A DNA stretch of 64,000 nucleotides from the human T2T-CHM13v2.0 reference genome, Homo sapiens (GCF_009914755.1 NC_060938.1), one strand, 5' to 3'; shown: positions 42,298 through 58,480, numbered from the stretch's first letter. Numbers and translations: made by a program. The notes: a model not told the origin generated them from the sequence alone.

Positions 42298-45200
42298 TGC
42301 CTAATCTGTCTTTCTAACCTCAATGCCTACCTCTCACTCCACCATCTGGTTGGCTGGCCTCACTCAGGAGCTGTTGCTGCCCCTCGCAAGCCCTTTATTT
42401 GCATGGCTCTGGGGCTCTGCTATGCTTGAAATATCCTCCTCTTCTGTCTCCATCAGGGAAGCTCCTACTCATTTGTCAAAGCCCACTTCAGGGAAGCCTG
42501 CCCAAATCTATGGGCCACATCAACCAGGCCCTCTCCACACTCTGCTCTGTTATAGCATTTAGTAGGTACTAAATTAATAAATGGTTGGTGGGTGAGAATT
42601 ATCCTTCTCCAAAATCAAAGCAGCAGCTCTTAAAAGCAAGAAGTACTTTAAAATTTAAATAAATACAATTTAAAACTCTACTTTTACAGTCAAAAGAAGT
42701 AATGTTTTTGATATTTTCCAGAAATTCTGAACAAACAGATGAACTTTGGCCCAATATCCTTATTTTTCACTGTGTCCTGAAGGTTATCTCTGAGCAAATG
42801 AGTAAAGATAAGACGTATCTGACAATTTTCATTAAGCCAAGAAACACAGAGAAATGAAACACACTCAGATCCCAAAGGGGCCCGAGACCAGGTCCAATCT
42901 AAGCCTAAGTGGAAATGGGAGCATGGTATGCAGCTGAAATTTGATGTGAAATGCTTCTCAGTGACAACTAGTAAAATCAGCAATTACATTGGAGTTCCTA
43001 AATTACTCCCTGCAAAACAAACAAATGAAATATAGCTAGTGGGTACAGCTGATCTGAAACTCAAATAACTGCCTCGTTTTTATTTCTGTCCCCATTGAAT
43101 GACACAGCCAATGGCACAAGACATGAAGAAGAGGAGTTCCGGGGAAAAGCATGCTGGGGATGACCCCCACCAGAATCCCTGGTGGTGCGGTGGACAGATC
43201 CCACTGTCTCCCACATTTCACATCCCCAAATGGTGCCACTGGTACTTATACTAGGTGAGAATTCACTGATCAACTCCGTGTGACCTGGACTTCAAGTCTG
43301 CCTTGTATTCCTGTGTTTGGACATTCTTCCCTCTACAAAGGTCCCTTCACATTAATTTATTCTTCTTTCCTTGTTTAAGATGGCAGGGTGCCCTTTGCTT
43401 TCTTTCATCTTTGCTTTTCTCTCTACAGTAGCCTCTGAGCATATAAGGTTTTTGAATTCCTTATTTGTGGATTTTTAAATTTTCGGTTTCATTTTTCAGG
43501 TTTCTTGAAGGCTGTGTGAAGCCCTCCACTCTCCCCACACATATTACATGTTGCCCTCTTTCTAGAGGGGCTCCAGTAATGCTAATTTCACCTGACAGGC
43601 AACAAGTGGAAGCTGATGGCCAGAAGGTCACAAGAAAAAAAAACTGGAGAAATTGTATTCAGCCAGGTCAAAAAAAAAGTCATGGTGGTCATCCGGAGAG
43701 GCCAGAGGCACCAGTCAGGAGCTGGAGTCACTGCTGCAAGGACCCCACCACCTCCTCCCACCCAACAAAGGAGCTCCATGGCTGCCATGCTAGATCACCC
43801 CTGACCGTTCACCTCACAGGGCCTGAGAACAGCTCTCAGGGACAAGAGAAATGATCTAAGGTACCCAGTTCCCAACAACCATTCCTAAGAACTTGCAGAG
43901 CAGAATGTTAAAAACAACCTTTTTTTTTTCTACAAGGGAGAAAGGCTAAAGTCATTAGCAAAGGAAAATCTCAAGAGATATCATTGCTTTCCCAAACAAC
44001 CTCTCTAGGCTTGGGAACACATACCGTACCCATTTTGTACCCAGAGAGAGAGAGAGAGAAAAAAAAAAAACTTTTTATAACCTTACAAAAAAGTTACATA
44101 AACAACACTATCCTCTTTGTTGCTTTCTTTTTTTAAAAGGGGTTGTTTTGAAAATAGATAATTTTACTGATTCCGGAGCCAAGAATTGTTGCTCTGTCTT
44201 AAGGAACTGTTGGATGCCCTTTTTGGCAGGATTGTTTGTTTGTCTAAGATTATGCATGTTTGCTGGGGACATAAAAATGAGCTCAGGATTGGAGATGGCT
44301 GCACCTGAGTGGCGGGGCTTGTTGGAGCCGATGCATGGCCTGGCTCCCAAGGAGCTCCTGCCTGCTCACTCACAATTCCCTCAAATCAAACCTCTCCCTA
44401 TCCAGGATACAAAGATGAGTGGGGAGGGCGGGGGCGAGGGGAGAGGTTAACAATGTCTTTACAGTCATACTCATCAAGTAAGTGTCACAAAGAAAAGGAA
44501 CATAAATCCTGAAGTATGGGGAGGCAGGAAGGCAAGAGGAAAGAGAAGATGAGAGAAAAGGTAAACCATCGGGTAAAACTCAGCAAGATAGAGCTGGTTG
44601 TTTTGAGGCGACTATTTCCTGTAAGTGGACATACCACAGAAAGAAATGGAGAAAGCTCCAAGAGCACGGTGGTTTGAAACGGGTACACGCAACAGGAACC
44701 TGGTTAGTTCCACTTCTACATTCCTGACTCAATCTCAACAGAGATGTTTCCGATTATCCCAAAGGAAATGGTTAGAGAATCAATGCAGCACCGAAGTATG
44801 GTTACAATTATGCAAAATAATAGGATACAACCTAGTGGGAAGGTCTTCAACAGTGCATGAAGCTTATGCTTTGATGCAAATCTGCTTGAAATATAAGGAT
44901 AGAAACTTCTTCAAATGTATGCTCCTTGGTATAAAAACACAAAAGCTCTGAGACAGTTAAACTTCCTTCAAATAAGAATGCATCCCACGGATGTTCTTTG
45001 TGAGACAGATATCTACAAAAAATTCTCCTACTAAAATCACAAGCCTCTGCAGTTTTTTTCTCTTGAATTATGGCCACTCAGAATAGTAATTTTGATATTA
45101 AATGCTCCTCCCTAATAAAAGGACAAAAAGCAAAATCTTTGAGGAGTTATATGTAGTGTTTAATACCATTTGTTTTCAAACCTGTGTTTTCAATGTTCAA

Positions 45201-48200
45201 TTCTTCTATGCAATACCACCTCAAAACTAACCAAGTTCTTTCCTTAAATATTGAAACATCCCCAGGGTAGAGACTTGTTCTCTGCTCTGATCCCACTGCC
45301 AAGCACAGATCCAAGCTCATAGTGGTGCCCAACAAATATTAGCTGAATTATCATTAATTCATACTTTGTGTATGAACAAACATACACAAAGTTACAACCA
45401 CTTTCTGGGCAATGCCTTTCCTACAAATATTCTTCAGAGTAATTTTCTGAGCGGAGGGGAATGTTCTTAAATTGGCACATCAGGATTTAGAAAATGAGCT
45501 GAAGCTCTGCACTTGTTGATTTACAAAAACACGTCGATTTTATTAGTTTTGAGCTGAAAATCAGCTTGGGAACATGAGAGGAGGCAGAAACGTGGGCTTG
45601 TTGATTCTTTAGAGACCTGCCAGTCAGCAACTCCTGTACCTCAACACAAGTGCATTCTTTGCTATTTTTCTTGGAAAACCTTGACAGTGTGCAGTGAGGG
45701 TGTCTTATCAGCTTCCAGGTAGAGGCAATGTGCCCAGCCACTTCAAACAGGGAAGCGGGGCAGGGGAAGGGACACCAGAGAAATGGAACCCAGGATGTGC
45801 CTGCTGAGGCTAGGGGCTTTGCAGATACAATATCCGACTATTTCCATGTCACCTGACTTCCCACTGTCTCCTTTGATTTTTAAAAGACTTAGTAGCACAT
45901 ATAACGGAGGGTTTTGTTTACCTTTAAGTATGAAATAACAGAAAAACAAACAAACGAATAGGCTGCACTACCTCTTCTCACTCTATCAAACCTGTGTTGA
46001 CTCTTTGTGATCACATTGATTGAAACAAGAAAGAAGAAAAAAAAAAGATCATCCTATAGTCTAAAACAGACATACCTTCTATGTTTAAAAGGCTGTTTTC
46101 TACTGCTCTGAGATCATCCAACTCTCTCCCTTTCTTCTCTAGTGTTCAAGATTAATGTTCTCTTCCTTTGTCCCTTCCACATGCCGTGCTGGAAGAAATA
46201 AGGACCAAAACAAATACAAAAGGGTAGGGAAGAGTCTTGTTTTGTGACTTTTGTTTTGGTCCTTATGTCTTCCCACATTGCTGCTGAGGCTCTGGGATTT
46301 CCCCGAGGACTGCTCTTCTGCACATATTGTTTTTCTGACACCTTTTAAGTGGCTGTGCCCTTTCACACCTAGAGAAAACTGTTCCTGTATCCCTTCAAAA
46401 TCTACGATAATCTCTACAACCTTCTGAAAACAAACAACAATGTATTCTTTGATATGTCAATAGGGTTCAATTTAGCAGTGATTCACATATGGTACTGCAT
46501 TTTGAACTGGTGACTTCCATTTGTGAGCTACTGCTGAATACTCATCTCTTGAATTCTCAAACATAATTTGCTGTTTTCTGTGCTGTTGAGAGGCATAACC
46601 CTCTTTCCATCTAAGTCTTCAGCACAGACTGGAGGTCATCCTCCTTTCCTCTCTAAAATCCCAGGAAAAGCTCTCCTGGACTTTGGCTTCTCAATATCAG
46701 TGGTTGAGAAACATGCTATAGCTTCAAACTACAAAATAGTTGGGGTGATCTTAGCTATATAACAGGCAGAGGAAAATGGCAAGGAATGCCAAGACTATGA
46801 AAGTTTTCAACACAATTTGCAGTATTAGAATCTGAGAGCTACGAATTAAATTTGTTCATGCATTCACACACTGATTCACACATATTCTGAGTGTATAATT
46901 CATTGCCATACAATGTGCTAGAGGCTGAGGAACATCCTCTATGCTACATTTGCCAGCATAAAAATCTTCCCCACCATTGTCTGATTTCATGTGTGAAATG
47001 TAGAGTGCTTCCTCTAACTTCATCTGTCCAACAATATTATGGTGTAATAGATTATATTTAATAAGTTCTATGCCATATCCCTTGGGGGTACAAGTTTGAC
47101 TGCATATTTCCAGACAGTGGGGAAGCAGCTTTCTCATTAGATGAGGAGATTGTCAAGGCACTCTGCAACTGCCCTGTTTTGTTGACTGTATACAGACTTC
47201 AAGACAAACCACTGACCCAGGCCCATTCAAAGCATCAGCTTGTTAACAAGGACTGAAGCCCAAGTCTGGTTATGGTCACATAGCACCCAGATCATGTAAG
47301 GACTGGGCCAGCAACACTTCCCGGTAACACAGAGCTAAATGGTCCCACTGAACTCTGCTTCACAGACAGTATTCGGTCCAAAACACATGGGTCATCCAAG
47401 AAATATGAAGCCAAATTAAGGCGGCCAGAATTCCCTTTGAAAGGCCAGCAGACAGCATGGCGCCAGCATGGCATCAAGCTCCAGACCAACATCAACTTCT
47501 ATAAATCAGTGGTAGGAGGATCTAACTTCTTTTAATGTAGGATAAAACTTGGACCCACCAGAGATGTCACATCTGACTTCTTCCTCAGGCCCTCTAGTGT
47601 TCCCGGTCAGCACTCCTGAATATTAAGTAACAGATCCAAAGTCACTTAAATCCTGGGATGTGATCAGTCCACCAAAACTGGAGCCACATTTTACTGTAGT
47701 GTAAGTCCATAGACCACATAGTCACAACACAAAATCACAGCAGCAGTTACCTTGGGGGGTTCCTAGCTGGGAGAGGGCATGTGAGTGTTTTTTAGATGGT
47801 GGTAATAGAAGAGAGAGACACACACCGTGCAATTACTAACTAGCACAGTGTCGATTTCACATTAATGTTTTCTTAGAAAGAAAACGAGAAAGTTTGGGTT
47901 GGGTTTCTTGATTTTTTTCTGGATATTTTAGGTGTTGGGTAAATCTTAAACACCATTATTCCGCTAAATACCTCCCCACCCTCCTCCTCTTCACCTCACT
48001 GAAACAACTGATGACTAAGAGCAAATATCCAGCCAAACCAATAATGGTATCATCAAATTGTGGGGACAAGGGCTTACAAGCACACCTGTGCTGTATGATT
48101 TTTTTAAGGTAACTGGACAACAATCACACACTAATAGAGGAAGGATTCCAAATTTCCAGGTTTTCATTCCAAGGCTTTTTCTGCTAGGTAAGAGCAAAGG

Positions 48201-48799
48201 AAAGATATTTAAAATGAAGCCAGGCTGAACTACTTTATTGATGAGGCAGTCCTAATAAAGCCTGAAACCCATAAGATTTAAGTGATAAACTATGAAAGTA
48301 AAGACTTTCAGCTTAGTGTTACGGGGGGAGGGAAAAGAAAGTGCACTAATTAAGACATACCACCCTGTTATATTCAGGTGGTCCATTCAGGAATCACAGT
48401 TCTTAACCAAAAAGCAAGGACATTTACTTTTAGAAACATTCCAACAGAGTGAAATTCAGTACAAAAAAAGAGACAGGGAAAGTGGAAAAACAAGTTCACA
48501 AGTTTGGTGCTTTGAGCTTGTATTGAATTAATAATTTTGAAAAACAAATGTATGATATTTCATACATAAACCTAAAACTCATGGAATGGTAGCACACACT
48601 CACAGTGAAAAACAGCCAAAGATAATGGTGAGCTATAAACTCCATTAGAGTTCATCTAGTTTACCCACCCCACCTTTATAGATGGAAAGAACAGAAGCCA
48701 TACCTAGGGATGAGGACAAACCATAGGTTTGGCAAGGACAGTAACCTTAATGCCACACAAAAGCCTAACACCTTTGAGATGGCCTCCTCGCCACACTGG

Positions 48800-49500
48800 C
48801 TTTGCCATCTTTCCAAAAACTACATCTGGTTTGTAGAAGACTTGAAGATGGTCCAGAGAAGAGCAACACAACTTTCTGGAAGAATGGAAAGAGAAGCCAC
48901 AAAGAAAGGATGAATAACAAATGGAACAGAGCAAACAATTCCGTAGCAGATGCAGTTACTAGGTAATGGTTTCTCTGATATCCCCAAAGGGTAAATATAT
49001 GCCTCTCTACATACCTATACAATTGTTTTTTGAGCATCTTAATCATTTTTAAATGTACAGTTCAGTAGCATTAAGTGCATTCACAGTGTTATGTTACCAT
49101 CACTACCATCCATCCACAGAACTCTATTCATCTTGAAATATTAAAACTCTGTGACCATTAAACAATAACTCTTTTTTCACCCTTCCTCCAGGCCCGGCAA
49201 CCACCATTCTACTTTCTGTCTCTATGAATTTGACTACTCTAAGTACTTCATATAAGTGGAATCATACAGTATTTATCCTCTTGTGACTGGTTTTTTCACT
49301 TAGCTTAATGTCCTCAAGCTAAAGGATTGTTTTTAAGAAGGCGTTTAACAAGGATTAGCTGAGGATTCTCACCAGCTGTTTTCCATCTTCCATAAGAACA
49401 AAGAAAACAAGTTTAAATTGTTAAAGAGAAAGTGAGTTTGAATTGCAAGGGTAGAAAAAGTTGTCAGATGCTAGAATATAAACTTTATAGACATCTTAGA
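48800..49500 (+). mobile_element. L3/CR1 fragment interrupted by an L1MB 3' end (49043-49318, minus strand)
   Basis: Translation EDLKMVQRRAT (CR1 RT C-terminal LExVQRRAT motif) in ORF 48710-48913; CR1-like sequence resumes at about 49320. Confidence 0.6.
49043..49318 (-). mobile_element. L1MB-type 3' end
   Basis: atttttaaatgtacagttcagtagcattaagt...ggcaaccaccattctactttctgtctctatgaatttgact. Confidence 0.85.
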
Positions 49501-49581
49501 GAAGTGCTATAAACAATAATGTGTTTACATATATTGAGTTGACTTATTTCCTTATAAGATCTCTTAAAAATTATGAAATGA

Positions 49582-49906
<325 letters not shown>

Positions 49907-50806
49907 TAAAGTAATGAAATGAATTCAATAAGCCCCAACTGAGCCTTTGATTGTAATGGTGTGGGCACTACTAAAGAAACAGAACATATCTGTTTCCTTG
50001 AAAGACAAACAATCTACTCTGGGAAACAATATAACTTTCTATAAAATTCTTATGGTACTTAACCATTTTTAACATAATCCAAGGATAGCAAATAGCTTTC
50101 AACTTCAAGCTCCAACTCTCATAAACTGTTAGAGGCTGCCTAAAGCCCTGTGATGAATTCTGCGTCCAAGACAGAGCACAGAAAAGACAGTGATTAGCTA
50201 TTGTTTGTCGTGGGTCAAGAAGAGACCGGCAAGGGTTAGGGTGCCATAATCTTGCCATTCTTGTCAAAACTCTTATACTTTGTCAAGCATTATTGTTGCT
50301 TAGCACTGTTTAATACTTGTTTCATGTTTCTCTGGCTACCGTGAGCTTAACAATGGTCATTAGTACTGCATTTTCTACTTATTTAGCATGCCCATCATAT
50401 GCACCAGATAAATATACAATGTGACGAACAGGTACCAAGGCAATTACCTCACCCATTTACCTGTCCTGGGATCCTATCTTCCCTTTTATTTTTTTGGTCT
50501 TTGTTCCGTCAATATTCCTTCCCTTTCCTTCATCTTTACCCTTTCCTTCATCCTTTCTTCCTCTTTTATCATATTCTTTTCAAGAGTCAGTGACTCTTTC
50601 CCACATAGCATATGAACATGCTTCACCTCTTCCATAAGTGGAAAGCAGCTGCCATTCCTAGGCCTGTGTGTTTGCGACTTCTAGGCTATCTTTTCTCTTG
50701 TCCTTCACAGTGAAACATAAATACAGCGTTCTCAACCTGCTGCCGGGAGGTCTTCATCACCCACCTCCTCTTTCAAGCACTGCAATCAGGGCGTTACCTC
50801 ATGTAA

Positions 50807-51455
<649 letters not shown>

Positions 51456-51779
51456 CCCGCACCAGCCCGCATACACTTCTGTCTCAACGTATCCATAATT
51501 AAACTCAGCATCTTTCTTCCCCACATCATCCACATAACTTATGTCCTGTCTTGAGAATCAGCATCTTCATCAATACCGCTATTCCAACCAGGAAGCCGAG
51601 AGTCCTCCCAGAATCCTCCCTGTTCTCTGTTCTCCACCACAGGCAGCCCTTATCACTGTTCATGCCTCCTCCTTCATAGCTTTCATATTCTGGACTTTCC
51701 CTTCTCTCCATGCCCACTGTCAGTGTGCTAGCTCAGGCTTTCGTCATCTCTCACCCAGACAACGGTAACCGACCCATAA

Positions 51780-52451
<672 letters not shown>

Positions 52452-53123
52452 TAAGCTGCAGATGACAGAGCCCGGGGTCCTAGGGCAGGTCATAGATGCC
52501 GATTTGCATTTCCTCGGCCCATGCCCCGGCCTAGCCTCTCAAACCAAAAGGTTGTTCCCTTCACACTTCTGCTTCAGTCTAAATTTTGATTCAGTTGAGC
52601 TTCTTAAAGAGTGTTTTTAAAGACAACAGCTAGTGGTCTAGACTTTGAAATGAGATATTAAAAAGTTTTCCTAGCTGTCTGTCCTGTTACTAGTTATATC
52701 AATAACTAGTATAATTTTATGGGCACTTTCACTGTAATAGAAATAGGAGAAGTACATGAAAGAGTTTAAACTGAGTGAAAATAACTGATGAAATTAATAG
52801 GCGAATTAAATAAATATTCCTGTTGTTCTCAGATTTTTTTGAAGTCGTTAATAATGAGAATAAGTTGTTCCTAAAGGTGGCTTGGAAATTCTATCTGATT
52901 TAGTTTTAAATGACTCTAAGATGCTGTCCTAGCAATAACACAAAAATTTTTAAAGAAAGAGACAAATAATCTCTGCAAAATTAATCAATTGACCCACCCA
53001 GGATAGTGAGAAGCCAAGTACAATTGTAAAACATCTGTGTAGGAAAAATAAAAAGCATCCTCCCTTGTCCATTTTCAGGTTTCTATAGAAAGAAATCTCA
53101 AGAATCTCTCCTTTTATCTACAC

Positions 53124-53347
53124 CAGGGATCAGCAAACTAGAACCTGTGGGTCAAATCCAGCCCAACACCTGTTTTTTTGTAAATAAAGTTTTATTGGAA
53201 TACAATCATACCTGTTTGTTTATTTATGGTCTGTGGCTGCTTTTGCACCACAACTGCAGGGCTGAGTAATTGAAACAGAAATCTATGACTCACAAAACTA
53301 AAAATATATACTATCCAGATTTTTACAAACAAAGCTTGCTGGCCCTG
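53124..53347 (+). mobile_element. MER58A (hAT-Charlie MITE)
   Basis: TIRs cagggatcagcaaac...gcttgctggccctg; internal gtaaataaagttttattggaa; flanks atctacac / tctacac. Confidence 0.88.
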
Positions 53348-53802
53348 TCTACACAAATAGAAGAAGAATTTTCTTTATTTACCAGTGACCATGAAGAAGG
53401 GCTTTTGATCTATGATTCAAGATTCCTGCAATAACACAGCATTGCACTTATTTTCTCAAATCAAGTCATGGATTTCTATGGAGTCTCTTACTAGGATACC
53501 AAACTCTCTACTTGTCTTTTTTATTTTCATAACTTTGGGCAGCATGTGAGGGATGTAATGACGGGTGACTAGTGTGTGTATTAGATCCAAAACAATGACC
53601 TAGAACCTAAATTGATGAGACTATAGAGGCTGAAGGAAATGAGTAAATCCACTGTGTGTCCCCATCCCAGAAAGACCCTTAAGGCACAAGTAACAGGCTC
53701 CAACAGCAACATGCTGATGGGTCATTTACTGATTGTTTTCTATCCTTTAAATAAATCTCCCAGGTCTTATCTACACTTCATTGGGATTAAAGCAGTATTG
53801 AT

Positions 53803-55068
53803 TAATGCTCAACATTATTAACGATCAGGAAATGCAAATCAAAACCACTGTAAGGTACCACTTCACACTCGGGACAGCTATATTCAAAAATAAAAATAAT
53901 AATATGTGTTGGGGAGAATGTGGTGAAATCGGAATCCTCATACACTGCTGGTGGAATTGCAAAATGGTACAGCCTCTTTGGAAAACAGTGTGGCAGTTCC
54001 TGAAAAGGTTAAACATCAAATTGCCATATGACCCAGCAATTCCACACTTAGATATATACCCAAGAGAAATGAAGACATGTCCATACAAAAACTTGTACAT
54101 AAATGTTAATAGCAGCCAAAAAATAGCAGCCATTCACAGTAGCCAAAAAACAGAGACAACCCAAATGCCCATTCAATAGACAAATAATAGATAAACAAAA
54201 CCTGTTCTATCCATACAATGAGATATTATTCAGCAATAAAAAGGAATGAAGTGGTGATACATGCTACACCACAGATGGAACTTGAAATAGTATGCTAAGT
54301 GAAAGAAGTAACAAAGAGCCTCTCCTGAACCAACTTTAGTCAGCTTCCTCTAAGCTCTTTTCTCAACTAGGCCTCACCCTTGGACCTTGTGCTCAGGACT
54401 GCATAGCCCAGATTTAGCAAGAATCCTGTTAAGTCAATTTAGCAGAATCTCTCACCCTCAAAACCTGATTATCCTCAATATCTGACCAAATTCCTCATCT
54501 TCCATCATCCCACACATGACGTCTGATCATCACCTTAGCCTGCCTTCTGCAAGAATCCCATTAGGTAGGTTTAGCAAGAATTCCCCCTACCCTTGATGTC
54601 TCCTCTAGTAATTTTCCTCCACCCCTTCACCTTCAACCGGCTCCACTTGTCTTATATTCGGAATTAAGCACCATTCTACACTGAGGTCTCTTTTTCCCCG
54701 TTGTCATAGTTCCTGGATAAAATCGCTGTTCGCAGCTTGAACCTATTGTCTGGCTCTGGTTTTCTTTAACAGAAGCCAACCACAAAAGATTACATATCGT
54801 ATGATTCCATTTATATGAAATATCCAGAATAGGCAAATCTATAGAGACAGAAAGTAGATTAGTTACTGCCTTGGGATAGGGGATTTGGGGGTCACAGAGA
54901 GTCTGCTAATGGGTACAGAATTCCTTTTGGGGTGATGAAAATGTTCTAACACAAACTGTGGTGATGGTTGCACAATTCTGTGACTATATTAAACACCACT
55001 GAATGGTACATTTTAAATGGGAGAATTGTATGGTATGTGAATCATATCTTAATAAAGCCATTAAAAAG
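53803..55068 (+). mobile_element. L1MB-type ORF2 end and 3' UTR, interrupted by MER31
   Basis: ORF 53805-54179 HCWWNCKMVQPLWKTVW...PYDPAIP is the L1 ORF2 C-terminus. Confidence 0.88.
54309..54771 (+). mobile_element. MER31-type ERV1 solo LTR
   Basis: acaaagagcctctcctgaaccaactttagtcag...tcaactaggcctc; repeated ttagcaagaatcc; 4-bp TSD gaag (54305-54308 / 54772-54775). Confidence 0.8.
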
Positions 55069-55953
55069 GAAGCATTAGTTATATTCTTTGGATGATGGGA
55101 AAGGAGGAAAGTTACTTTTTTATTAGCAAAATATTTAGAATTTTTAAAATTAAAATAATATATTCTATAGAGTGTAATAGGTTTTAAAACATTTTAAAAT
55201 TTCTATCTGAAAATGGCAACTAGTAATTACAACTTCTGTTTTTGAGTGTGCGCTATAGACCAGGCAATGCTGGGTGCTTTGCATATATCAACTCCTGCAA
55301 CAGCCCCATCTACAAACTGGTAATGATTATTCTTACAAATATTAACAGGTTCAGGAAAGGTAAGTGATAACTGGTTCAGGAAAGTTAAGTGGTCTGCCCC
55401 AAACCAAAACATTGTAGAACCCAAGCCTAAAGAGAATTTCTCATCTCCAAATCTTATGTTACACACTCTGAGACCAATATGTTTAGAGGCATAGGGGGAA
55501 ATGCTGATAATATTAATAATACTGAATTTCCTCTACCTAGTTACTGAAACTAGAAGTGAGATCATACTTAGTATAGGGCCTGGCATAAAATAAGCTTTCA
55601 ATAAATATCAACAACTAGTCATTATTATTATTATTGTTATTATTCCCCAAATTTAGTGACCTTTTTGCCTCATTCGTCCTTTTTGGACATTTTGCAGGTT
55701 TTGACACCAGTGCTTATTCCCCTTCTTCCTAATACTTTAACTTCTCTGGGGTTCCATGACACGTTTTCTGGTTTTCTTCTTACCCCTCTGATGGTTCCTC
55801 AATTTCTTAGATATGACACCAAAAACACGATCTGTAAAGGAAAGAAATAATGAATTGGACTTCATCAAAATTACAAAAGACACCATTAAGACCATAAAAA
55901 GTTTGAGAAATAATATTTGAAAATCCTACACCTGATAAAAGACATTTAACCTA

Positions 55954-55969
55954 TGTGTGTGTGTGTGTG

Positions 55970-56021
<52 letters not shown>
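55954..56021 (+). repeat. (TG)n(TA)n compound microsatellite
   Basis: Seen directly. Confidence 0.95.
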
Positions 56022-56022
<1 letters not shown>

Positions 56023-56494
56023 TCACAATTCAAAAGGAAAACAACACAATTAACAAATGGGTAAATTATTTGAAACGATGCATCACTAGGAAAGGTATAT
56101 GAATAGCTACTGCGTATGGGAAAAGATGCTCAACATCATTTACCACTTAAAATGCTAATAAAATCACAATGAGGTACCATTACATATTCACTAGAATGGC
56201 TATAAAGAAGACAATAACGGTTGTTGGTAAGGATGTGAAGAACATTCCTCCATTGCTGGAGGGAGTGTAAATGGTACGGCAGCTTTGGAAAACAGTTTGG
56301 CAGTTTTTTAGAGTTGAACTTATCATATCACACAAAGACTTTGACACAAGCAGGCAGAGTAGTATTATTCAGAATGCCCCAAACTGGAAATAATCCAAAT
56401 ATGCATGAACTGGTGACTGGATAAAAACAATGTAGTATACAATGGAATACTATTCAGCAACAGAAAGGAGCAAAGTACTGATATAAAAGACATG

Positions 56495-56858
56495 GATATC
56501 TTAGTCCGTTCCTGCTGCTATAACAAAATGCCACAGCCTGGGTTATTTATAAATAATAGAAATTTATTTCTCCCAATTCTGGAGGCTGGGAAGTTCAAGA
56601 TCAGGGTGCCAGCAGGTTTGGTGTCTGATGAGGGTTTGCTGTCTGCTTCAAGACAGTATCTTGTTGCTGCATCCTCTGGAGGGATGAGTGGTATGTCCTC
56701 ACATGGTGGAAGAGATGGAAGAGACAGACAGCTCTTTAAAGCCTCTTTTATAAGGGCATTAATCACTCCCCAAAGGGCCCCATCTCTTAATATCATCACC
56801 TTGGAAGTTGAGTTTCAATACATAAATCTTAGAGGGACACAAACATCACACCATAGCA
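56495..56858 (-). mobile_element. MST(C/D)/MLT1A-type MaLR solo LTR
   Basis: atcttagtccgttcctgctgctataacaaaatgccacag...ctggaggctgggaagttcaagatcaggg...ccatagca. Confidence 0.82.
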
Positions 56859-57697
56859 ATTGTTGTACCCCAAAATCATTGTGCTAAGTAAAAGAAGCCA
56901 GATACAAAACACAATATATGTAATTTATATGGTTCCATTTATGTAATAGTTCTAGAAAAGGCAAAAATAGAAACAAAAAGTGGATGAGTGTCTGGAGCTG
57001 GAGGTTGGAGATTGACTGCAAATGGGCATGAGGGCACTTTTTGGGGTGATGGAGATGTTCTAAAACTGGATTATGTTGATGGTTGCACAACTTTATAAAT
57101 TTACTAAACATCATAAAATTGCACACTTACAGAGGCTGAATTTTATGCTATATACCTCAAGAAAGCTATGGAAGAATAAAGCTATTAAATAATTTTTTAA
57201 AGACATTAGAATTGTTACTGTTAATTCTATGGGCATTTTCATTAGTGAACTATTTGAAAGACTAAAGAGACAAGAAGAATTTTCATTGCCTGAAAATAAA
57301 TAGAAGAGAAAAAGAGTTACCTGTGATTTAATCTAAGGGCAGGGAAGAACAGCCCTACAGAATGAACTGGAGCAGGCACATTGAGGGAAAAATAAATGAA
57401 GTTATTTTCTGATATTTCATAAGTTTGGTTTTTTCATATAAAGATTACAAATATAATGTTGTGAGCACAACTATGGAAGTACCCAAGACATTTAACCAGT
57501 GTGAGGAAGGAGGTTAAGCAGGGAATGTTTTACCAGTGTCCTAAAGGAAGAAAGGAGTTAGCCAGATAAGCTTAGGCAGGGAATGACATCTGGGCAGAAG
57601 AAGCAGCTTGAGCAAAGACAAAGAAGCAAGGAACAGCATAGGATCATAGTTCAAATCCTGGAACTGCCTATTGACTGGGCAGTCTTTTTTTAATATG

Positions 57698-58480
57698 ATT
57701 TTTTATTGTGTTAAAATACACGTAACACAAAATTTACCATCTTAACTACTTTTAAGTGTATTTATAGTTCCATGGTATTAAATACGTTCATAACGTGCAA
57801 CCCTCACCACCATTCATCTCCATAGCTCTTTTCATCTTTTAAAACTGAAAGTCTACATCCATTAAACAAATAATTCCCATTTTGTTCATATCCCAGCTTC
57901 AGGCAACCATCACTCTACTGTCTGTTTCTATGATTTTCACTAATCTAGGTACCTTATATAAGTGGAATTATACAGTACTTCTTTGTTTTTATGACTGGCT
58001 TATTTTACTAAGACTAATATCCTCAAGGCTCATCCATGTTACACCGTATATCAGGATTTTCTTCCTTTTTAATGCTGAGTAATATTCCACTGTATGGATA
58101 TGCTACATTTGCTTATCCATTCATCTGTCAATGAATATTTAGGTTGCTTATACATTTTAGCTATTGTGAATAATGCTACTATATACATGGGAGTGCAAAT
58201 ATCGCTTTGAGACCCTGTTTTCAAAGTTTGGGGGGCATATACCCAGAAATGGAATGGCTGGATCATATGCTAATTCTATTTTCAATTCTTGAGGAGTTGC
58301 TATACTTGTTTTCCACAGAGGCTATGTCATTTTACATCTCCACCCACAGTGCACAAGGGTTCCAATTTCTCCATATCCTCTCCAACACTTGTTATTTTGT
58401 TTTTTTGATAGTAGCCATCTTTTTAAATTTAAGATGTTATCTCAGTGAAGTTTTGATTTACATTTTCCTAATGATTAACT
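57698..58480 (-). mobile_element. L1MA/MB-type 3' end
   Basis: ttttattgtgttaaaatacacgtaacacaaaatttaccatc; ORF 58069-58266 is an L1 ORF2 C-terminal remnant. Confidence 0.85.

Larger units (their letters stand above)
55800..57190 (+). mobile_element. L1M (MB/ME-type) 3' part with (TG)n(TA)n and an MST LTR insertion
   Basis: attggacttcatcaaaatt; aaaagatgctcaacatcatt; ttttggggtgatggagatgttctaaaactgg. Confidence 0.75.

Noticed and set aside
43175-43245. CTCF-like motifs (ccctggtggtgc; ccccaaatggtgccactgg)
   Set aside because: Only partial consensus matches; they cannot be supported without a PWM scan or ChIP data.
52688-52711. 10-bp-arm hairpin tactagttat-atca-ataactagta
   Set aside because: Short and AT-rich; plausible by chance in 64 kb.
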